From positions 1 through 36,288 of the forward strand of contig JAYZBY010000136.1 in the NCBI GenBank assembly GCA_036338555.1: 36,288 bases of DNA. Reading direction: 5' to 3'. Origin of the DNA: Acidobacteriota bacterium. GTDB taxonomy: Bacteria; Acidobacteriota; UBA6911; RPQK01; JADFOI01. How positions within the stretch are numbered: the first letter of the stretch is position 1; every line of letters starts with the position of its first letter. Below the pieces are notes generated by a model, which saw only the letters and a program-made list of their open reading frames with translations, was not told the origin of the DNA and ran no database searches. Below are positions 31,293 to 36,288 of this stretch, piece after piece. Position numbers and translations under genes: made by a program.

Positions 31293-33170
31293 TTAGTTGG
31301 AGCGATCCTTGAGGGCCTGATAGGTGGAGATCACCGCCTGATCGGGTCTCAGATCAGTCTCGGCGGCGAAATCGGGATGAAGGTACATCGGCCTTCCCCC
31401 CAGAATCGTCATGAGAGACTGGATCTCGGAGATATCTTCTTCCGGAATGCTCATATAGTCTTTGTCGAGGACCACCAGATCGGCCAATTTGCCCTCTTCG
31501 ATCGAACCCAGTTGGTCCTCTCGAAGAACGTATTCGGCGCCCCAGAGGGTGAGGGTCTTCAAGGCGGTAGTCCGATCGATCCGTTCGTGAGCTCCCCAAA
31601 CCTTTCCGTCCACTACGCGAGTGATCAGCATCTCCAGTTCACCCCATACATATTCGTCGCGGTCCATCTCAAAGGCCACGTGGATTCCGGCGTCGATCAT
31701 GCTTTTGACCGGGACCAGATACTGGTTGGCGATCTCCTCGCCATAAGATCGAGCGATACTCGGATAATTGGCGATGTACTTGGGGGCACAGCTCCACACC
31801 ACCCCCATGCGGGCGGCTCTCGCAATGTCCTCCGGATTGACCAGCGTGCAGTGATCCAGAGCCCAGTTCTGGACCGATGAGGGTCTTTCCCGGTTCACCT
31901 GCTCCAGCGCCGTTAAATAGAGCTCCTGTGCCCGATCCCCGGCCACATGCATGTTGGCCACTCGGTGGCCGTACCGGGCCACTTCAAAAAGCCACTCCCG
32001 GTAGTAGTTGCCGCTAATGGGTGCGCCTCGGCCCACGCTTCCTCGATACTCCAGATCCAGATGACACTGACCACTGGGATACCAGGCACCGATAAGGGAG
32101 AGTCCCATGGTGCCCTGATCGCCGGCGGCGTCGTTGTTTCTTTCCAGGGCAGTACATTGTCGAGCACCGCTTCCGTCCAGACCGACGGGGGTGACCGAGG
32201 CCATCCACACCATGGCGCTTCCCTCGCCTCTGGTGGTGTTCGCCAGACGCTCCCCCACGTCGGGGCGTCCGAACAGCCAATTGGCACCGTAGGCCATTCT
32301 GGTCTTCAGTTCTCCGTTGGATTCGAGCAGGCGATAGGCTTCGACGCTTTCCGGCTGCAGTTTGGTGGAAACGGTGGTGATCCCCATGGCACTCCACTCT
32401 TCCAGCTTCTTGTTATAGACCGGAGCCAGGACCTCAGGGGCCGGTTGGGGTCGAAATTCGGTCATCACCAGTCGGCTGGCGGGAGGCTCCAGATGCCCAT
32501 CGGGTCTGCCCTGGTCATCCACCCAGTAGCGACCGTACCTGGTGATGAAGTCGCCGTACTTATTCCACAAAATGTCGATCGCCTTGCTGTTGACGAAATA
32601 CCCGTTTTCGATGGGAATCCCCATGGAAAGAACGATGGGATTGTTGGGGCTGACCTTGTCCAGTTCCCAGCGATCCAGTTGATCGAACAGGATTTCGACG
32701 TGCTTCCGGTCACTGATGCCCCGGGAAGAGAAGTGAACCCATTCTCCGGGTTGGACGTCAATGGCATCCAGGGTTCGACGGATCTGGTTGAGCACATCGT
32801 CGGTCGATTGGACAACCCGAAAGTTGATGGGATAGTTGCGCATCTGATCGGAGCTCAGCTGTCCACCATAGGCTCGTTGTGCGTAGCTTTGCACGTGGGA
32901 GTGGGTGTCGATCAGACCTGGGACCACGGTTTTACCTTTCAGGTCAATCCTTACCGTGTTCGGACCCGCTTGTCTCAGGACTTCGGCGATGCTGCCCACC
33001 GACGCGATTTTGCCGTCGCGGATGGCCACGGCTTCGGCCACCGTGAAATCCTCATCGACTGTCAGGATCTCGCCGTTGTGCAAGATCATGTCGGCGCGCT
33101 CCTGGGCTAATCCTGAGGTCACGCCCAGCAACAAAACGATTCCCAAAAAAGTACCAACTCGCTTGAACAT
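31293..33170 (-). CDS. exported amidohydrolase family protein, group III
   Basis: The start is set at ATG 33170 (MFKRVGTFLGIVLLLGVTSGLAQE), with AAGGGGA upstream and only 10 nt after the stop of 33181..33810. Motifs are ADMILHNGEILTVDEDFTVAEAVAIRDGKIASVGS, HxH (DTHSH), and GSIEEGKLADLVVLDKDYMSIP. Confidence 0.85.
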   Translation of the reverse strand: MFKRVGTFLGIVLLLGVTSGLAQERADMILHNGEILTVDEDFTVAEAVAIRDGKIASVGSIAEVLRQAGPNTVRIDLKGKTVVPGLIDTHSHVQSYAQRAYGGQLSSDQMRNYPINFRVVQSTDDVLNQIRRTLDAIDVQPGEWVHFSSRGISDRKHVEILFDQLDRWELDKVSPNNPIVLSMGIPIENGYFVNSKAIDILWNKYGDFITRYGRYWVDDQGRPDGHLEPPASRLVMTEFRPQPAPEVLAPVYNKKLEEWSAMGITTVSTKLQPESVEAYRLLESNGELKTRMAYGANWLFGRPDVGERLANTTRGEGSAMVWMASVTPVGLDGSGARQCTALERNNDAAGDQGTMGLSLIGAWYPSGQCHLDLEYRGSVGRGAPISGNYYREWLFEVARYGHRVANMHVAGDRAQELYLTALEQVNRERPSSVQNWALDHCTLVNPEDIARAARMGVVWSCAPKYIANYPSIARSYGEEIANQYLVPVKSMIDAGIHVAFEMDRDEYVWGELEMLITRVVDGKVWGAHERIDRTTALKTLTLWGAEYVLREDQLGSIEEGKLADLVVLDKDYMSIPEEDISEIQSLMTILGGRPMYLHPDFAAETDLRPDQAVISTYQALKDRSN

Positions 33171-33180
33171 GTGTTTCCCC

Positions 33181-33810
33181 TTACTTTTTCTCCCCGCCAC
33201 CAACCTGGTCTTGCCCGATCTTCCGGTATTCCTCGTTAAGAGCGATTCCCAGGGCGTCGGCAAGCCGATTGAGATAATTCATTATGCCGATAATGGCAGT
33301 TGCATCCACGATGTCCTCGTCTGAAAAGCCATGACCTCGGAGTTGTCCCAGGTCTTCCGCCGTGCAGGTATGGCCCTGCAGATTGACCTTATCGGCGAAA
33401 TCCAGCAGCGCCCGCGTGGCTTCATCCATAGGCGCCTGTCGATAATCCTTCTTGACGGCTTCGGCCAGTTCCCGGTCTCCCAGCTCGGCACGGAGAAACT
33501 CCCCGTGAGCTTCGACTCAGTAGTGACATTGATTGCCGGCTGAGACCACCACGGCAATCATCTCCTTCTGGGAGCGGGTCAATCCCGAAGGACCGTACAT
33601 CAGGGTGTTGAAGAGGGGAACCCAGCCGCGAGTGACATCGGGGCGAATGCTGGTGGATTTCAAGATATTGGGGATCCAGCCGCGTTGTTTCTGGAAGCCC
33701 TCGTAAAGACTTTTGACGTAGCCGGTGGCCTCTTCCGGATGGACGGTGTCAATCCAGGCAATGTCTTCGATCTGAGCGGTGCTGTCACGCTTGGGATCTT
33801 CTTTAGTCAT
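33181..33810 (-). CDS. CMD/AhpD-family peroxidase-related protein with predicted selenocysteine (in-frame TGA at 33517..33519)
   Basis: Track ORF 33517..33810 ends ...AVVVSAGNQCHY-TGA. The same frame continues without a stop through VEAHGEFLRAELGDRELAEAVKKDYRQAP into track ORF 33181..33429 (MDEATRALLDFADKV...). Joined they give 209 aa with C-H-Y-U-V-E-A-H in place of C-x-x-C-x-x-x-H. A SECIS-like hairpin lies 9 nt downstream. Confidence 0.75.
33489..33507 (-). other. SECIS-like hairpin downstream of the recoded TGA
   Basis: The mRNA reads CACGGGGA-GUU-UCUCCGUG, a continuous 8-bp stem with one G.U pair and a GUU apical loop. The stem begins 9 nt after the UGA. Confidence 0.5.
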
Positions 33811-33844
33811 GGTGTTCTCTCTTATTTAAAGTGCCCTGAATCTT

Positions 33845-33955
33845 ACCACCAAGACACCAAGTCAGCTACCACCAAGACACGGATTTCTTCACCACAAAGG
33901 CACCAAGAAGAGAAAGACAACTGAAAAGACGAAGGCACTGGGTGTCTCTGTGGTG
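33845..33955. repeat. cluster of CACCAAGA / CACAGAGA-type octamer motifs
   Basis: accaccaagacaccaag...accaccaagacac...caccacaaaggcaccaagaagagaaagac...gaaggcac...ggtgtctctgtggtg, where the last is an inverted copy. Related strings occur at 671..700, 9282..9294 and 9420..9432. Confidence 0.65.
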
Positions 33956-34654
33956 CTAGCGGGGATGGCGGCGGTAAACGGCGGCGTAGACACTGCGGAA
34001 GGGGGATACGCAGTAATCCTCAATCAGTTGTTTGCCGGCAATGGGGTGGGCACAGAGTTCCTGGGTAAAAGAGTCGCTGACACGAAAGGAAAGGCGCATG
34101 ATATCGGCCTTTTTCTCATGCCGCTCAACCTGGAAAGCCTTTTCCAGGCTGGGCTCCAGCTTAAAAATTTCTTCATAGGAATGGCTTCTCAGCTGATAGG
34201 GCGAGGTAACTGGGTGCGTTTCCACTTCCCGGTAGTGGGAGAGCAGGGAGGATTGGAAATCCTGGTAGTTGAAGTTCTCAACCTTGTTGTTGACGCTGAT
34301 TTCGATGACACAGTGCTGATCGTCGCAATACGACCTGAGGCCGTAGGTGAAATCGAGCTCGTCTTTATTGAATTTGATGCGATGACCGGCTACATCGTGG
34401 AAATATTTGAGCTCCGCTTCTCTGGTGGAGGGGTGCGATTGGCGCTCGAGCTCCTGCTCCGTGAGATAATGTCCGGCTACCCGTTCGTACCACTCGTCGA
34501 TGATCTGGCCCAGGACCTCCTCTATGCCTGTATAGACCTGTTTTATTTTGCTCTTGGTCGTCACCATATCTTGTCGCTCGAGCCGCAGGATATTGTAAAC
34601 CAGGTTGGGCCGAGGGGCAACAGGCCGGTGTGGGGACAGACGAAGATGAGGCAC
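33956..34654 (-). CDS. hypothetical protein (no family recognised)
   Basis: The minus frame has strong G/C preference at third codon positions and normal amino-acid composition. The overlapping plus-strand ORF 33950..34660 is L/V/G/F-rich, as expected of an antisense artefact. The start could be the GTG at 34654 (GAGG 7 nt upstream) or the ATG at 34567. Confidence 0.6.
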   Translation of the reverse strand: MPHLRLSPHRPVAPRPNLVYNILRLERQDMVTTKSKIKQVYTGIEEVLGQIIDEWYERVAGHYLTEQELERQSHPSTREAELKYFHDVAGHRIKFNKDELDFTYGLRSYCDDQHCVIEISVNNKVENFNYQDFQSSLLSHYREVETHPVTSPYQLRSHSYEEIFKLEPSLEKAFQVERHEKKADIMRLSFRVSDSFTQELCAHPIAGKQLIEDYCVSPFRSVYAAVYRRHPR

Positions 34655-34812
34655 GGTTAGGCCTCAATTGAGCCTTACAAGTAGGTGTGCTCAGTGGTAG
34701 GATGGGTTTTACGGACATGTGTTTCAGAGTTTTCCTGCTTCTGGCCATCCGGGTGCTTACCTCTTGCGGAGGCCCGGCAAGAATTTAAAAACTTCCGGTT
34801 CCCCGGGAGAGC

Positions 34813-35481
34813 TTGCTGCAGGCCTATCGCTTGATGGCCGAAGGCGATCAGCTGGCGCTGGCAGGACAGGCCCATTTTTCTTTACTCAAATACCTGGAAG
34901 CTTCTCGGCTGAATCCCTACCATGAGGTGATCTTCAACAGGCTGGCGATCGCCTACTCACGCTTGAGTCAATTTCGGCAGGCAGGAGAAGCCATTGATCG
35001 CTCGATTCGCCTGGAACCCAGCTATGCCTTTGCCCACAATACAAGAGGCATCATCCACCTGGCCGATGAATTTCACCAGTCAGCGATCAGTTCCTTCAAG
35101 GAGGCGATCAAGCTCAGGCCGGAAGAGGCTAATTTCTACGTCAATCTGGGACACGCCTACCTGAGAGTCAACCAGTATGAGGAGGGGTTGAGAACTTACC
35201 AGTTGGCACTTCAGCTGGATCCGGAAATCCTGGGCAAGTCTGACGTGATCGAACTCTCCTACCAGGATCGCCAGCAAGCGAGTTCGGAGCGTTTTTACCA
35301 GATGGCCCGGATCTTTGCCGAGTTGGGAGATAAGGCCACCTGTCTGGACTATCTGGGAAAGGCCCTTTCAGCAGGTTTTTCAGACGGCCGAAGACTATTG
35401 GGGGATACCGCGTTTGAACAACTCTACGATGATGTGGAGTTCGTTGATTTGATGACTCTTTATGGGATAGAAGGAAATTAG
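34813..35481 (+). CDS. tetratricopeptide (TPR) repeat protein
   Basis: It has several canonical TPR units (AYSRLSQFRQAGEAIDRSIRLEPSYAFAHNTRG..., SAISSFKEAIKLRPEEANFYVNLGHAYLRVNQYEEGLRTYQLALQLDPE). The start is uncertain: TTG 34813 or ATG 34834. See the finding on the upstream in-frame signal peptide. Confidence 0.75.
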   Translation: MLQAYRLMAEGDQLALAGQAHFSLLKYLEASRLNPYHEVIFNRLAIAYSRLSQFRQAGEAIDRSIRLEPSYAFAHNTRGIIHLADEFHQSAISSFKEAIKLRPEEANFYVNLGHAYLRVNQYEEGLRTYQLALQLDPEILGKSDVIELSYQDRQQASSERFYQMARIFAELGDKATCLDYLGKALSAGFSDGRRLLGDTAFEQLYDDVEFVDLMTLYGIEGN

Positions 35482-35753
35482 TTCATCAGGCGGCGAATGC
35501 GCTTCTCCAGTTCGGTCCGAGTCACGAAGTGCGAGGACGACAAATCCAGGTCTTCGTCCAAAGCACGCCTCACCTCGAACCGGGAACTCTGGGTCAAAAT
35601 GTCCTGTACCTCGGCGGAAGTCAGGCTGGATGGATGGGGTCCCAGAGGAGAAATCCAAACCTCTTCTTCTCCACACTTGCAACCGATGACCAGCTGGTTT
35701 TGCTGGCAGAAGAACTCCAGGTAGTCTAGCGTGATCCAGTTGATGTTTTTCAT
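35478..35753 (-). CDS. small hypothetical protein (91 aa)
   Basis: ATG at 35753 has AAGGAG 6 nt upstream, and third codon positions are GC-rich. Its stop overlaps the stop of the convergent TPR gene by 3 nt (4-nt annotated overlap, 35478..35481). No family recognised. Confidence 0.6.
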   Translation of the reverse strand: MKNINWITLDYLEFFCQQNQLVIGCKCGEEEVWISPLGPHPSSLTSAEVQDILTQSSRFEVRRALDEDLDLSSSHFVTRTELEKRIRRLMN

Positions 35754-35801
35754 TCAAGCTCCTTCGGGCTAATAGTTGAGTATATTGGTATGACTAAAAG
35801 C

Positions 35802-35842
35802 CACTGGTCTTCGACCAGTGCGTTCCATGTTCCACGTTCCAC
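35802..35842 (-). repeat. GTGGAAC heptamer triplet plus 8-bp-stem hairpin (inverted copy of 1843..1884)
   Basis: The plus strand reads cactggtc-ttc-gaccagtg c gttccat gttccac gttccac. The reverse complement is gtggaac gtggaac atggaac gc + hairpin, the same architecture and T-rich left flank as at 1843..1884. Confidence 0.8.
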
Positions 35843-35852
35843 GAAAACAGAA

Positions 35853-35995
35853 GTGGAGAAGCGCGCTTGGCGCGCAGAAAAACTCCTCGCTGAAGTTCGG
35901 AGTGGAGAAACGCGCTTCGCGCGTGGAGAAACACCTCACTGACGTTCGGTGTGGAGAAGCAAGCCTCACGTGCGGAGAACCAGACCAGTTCAATC
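35853..35995 (+). repeat. three tandem ~49-bp units, each with GTGGAGAA boxes and a GC palindrome
   Basis: Units start at 35853, 35902 and 35951. GTGGAGAA occurs at 35853, 35902, 35923 and 35951, with GCGGAGAA at 35972. The inner palindromes are gcgcgcttggcgcgc and cgcgcttcgcgcg, and the third unit is degenerate. Confidence 0.8.
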
Positions 35996-36020
35996 ATAAA
36001 ACTTCGATTTTGGAAGTCGT

Positions 36021-36041
36021 TTCGGATTTCGGATTTCGGAT
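36021..36041 (+). repeat. TTCGGAT heptamer x3
   Basis: ttcggat ttcggat ttcggat followed by ttt. A related degenerate copy lies at 28531..28558. Confidence 0.85.
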
Positions 36042-36064
36042 TTTCTGTCAGCCGACAAGGGCTT

Positions 36065-36108
36065 GAGCGGCTCTCCGGAATCGGCGCACTGAGGCGTCTC
36101 CCACACTC
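36065..36108 (+). repeat. partial class B REP-like element (right arm and tail only)
   Basis: gagcggctctccggaatcggcgcactgaggcgtctcccacactc matches the 3' two-thirds of 30411..30472 and 28468..28522. The GTAGCGGCCGC head is missing. Confidence 0.75.
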
Positions 36109-36150
36109 CGGACCCAATGTCAGAGGAAATGGATCACAATCCTCTGCCTG

Positions 36151-36206
36151 TGGTCTGTGGTCTGTGGTCTGTGGTCTGTGGTCTGTGGTCTGTGGTCTGT
36201 GGTCTG
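36151..36206 (+). repeat. perfect microsatellite, TGGTCTG x8
   Basis: 56 nt of exact heptamer repeats with no interruptions. Single units of the same string (ctgtggtc) occur at 9431..9437 and 33948..33954. Confidence 0.95.
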
Positions 36207-36240
36207 CCGCCGGTCAGCGCCTCCCACACGCTGGCTTCCC

Positions 36241-36256
36241 GAAGGAACGAAGGAAC
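36241..36256 (+). repeat. GAAGGAAC octamer x2
   Basis: cccgaaggaacgaaggaacga. Compare ccccgaaggcacgaaggcacga at 11447..11462 and a single inverted unit at 711..722. Confidence 0.8.
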
Positions 36257-36288
36257 GAATTCACTCCCCTTGTGAATACTGGAGCGAT

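Noticed and set aside
33950-34660. Plus-strand ORF of 236 aa overlapping 33956..34654.
   Set aside because: The minus frame shows the G/C-rich third codon positions seen in the other genes of the window and a balanced amino-acid composition. The plus-strand product is L/V/G/F-rich, as expected from antisense translation, and lacks an SD.
35769-36117. ORFs 35794..36117 (-), 35769..35993 (-) and 35818..36066 (+).
   Set aside because: They are read through tandem repeats and REP fragments, overlap one another on both strands, and lack an SD and any codon-position GC bias.
35853-36206. Possible CRISPR array in the repeat-rich right end.
   Set aside because: The 49-bp units are directly adjacent with no unique spacers, and the TGGTCTG tract is a simple microsatellite. 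There is no repeat-spacer periodicity and no cas genes in the window.
1-36288. Mobile genetic element, prophage or genomic island boundaries, and tRNA/rRNA genes.
   Set aside because: No integrase, transposase, phage or conjugation gene, no tRNA-like cloverleaf or T-loop consensus, and no rRNA-like sequence was found. The repeats present are non-autonomous REP-type elements.

Overview
GC-rich bacterial chromosomal window with no rRNA, tRNA, CRISPR array, transposase or integrase that I can see. The carboxypeptidase-regulatory-domain TonB-dependent receptors suggest an Acidobacteriota-like organism (inference only). About half the coding capacity is a paralogous expansion of exported amidohydrolase-superfamily enzymes: nine full-length genes in four sequence groups plus one truncated relic. 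Interleaved with them are two TonB-dependent receptors (one partial at the left edge), two Tat-exported PQQ-like beta-propeller proteins, a Cys-less cupredoxin-like Tat protein, two CxxCH haem-domain fusions, a UbiD-family decarboxylase, a nitrilase-superfamily homolog, a J-like membrane protein and a TPR protein. The most notable hidden signal is two carboxymuconolactone-decarboxylase/AhpD-family genes that the ORF track splits in two. Each has a single in-frame TGA exactly at the second Cys of the C-x-x-C-x-x-x-H redox motif, followed by a SECIS-like hairpin, so they are predicted CxxU selenoproteins. Each is the first gene of a tight pair, one with the UbiD enzyme and one with an amidohydrolase. 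Both receptor genes carry well-spaced sigma-54 -24/-12 promoter matches. Nearly every intergenic region holds GTAG-headed REP-like palindromes of two classes, some as inverted REPIN-like doublets, plus short heptamer/octamer tandem motifs. The right end has a 49-bp x3 tandem repeat and an 8-copy TGGTCTG microsatellite. Family assignments are by-eye motif recognition and no database search was possible.
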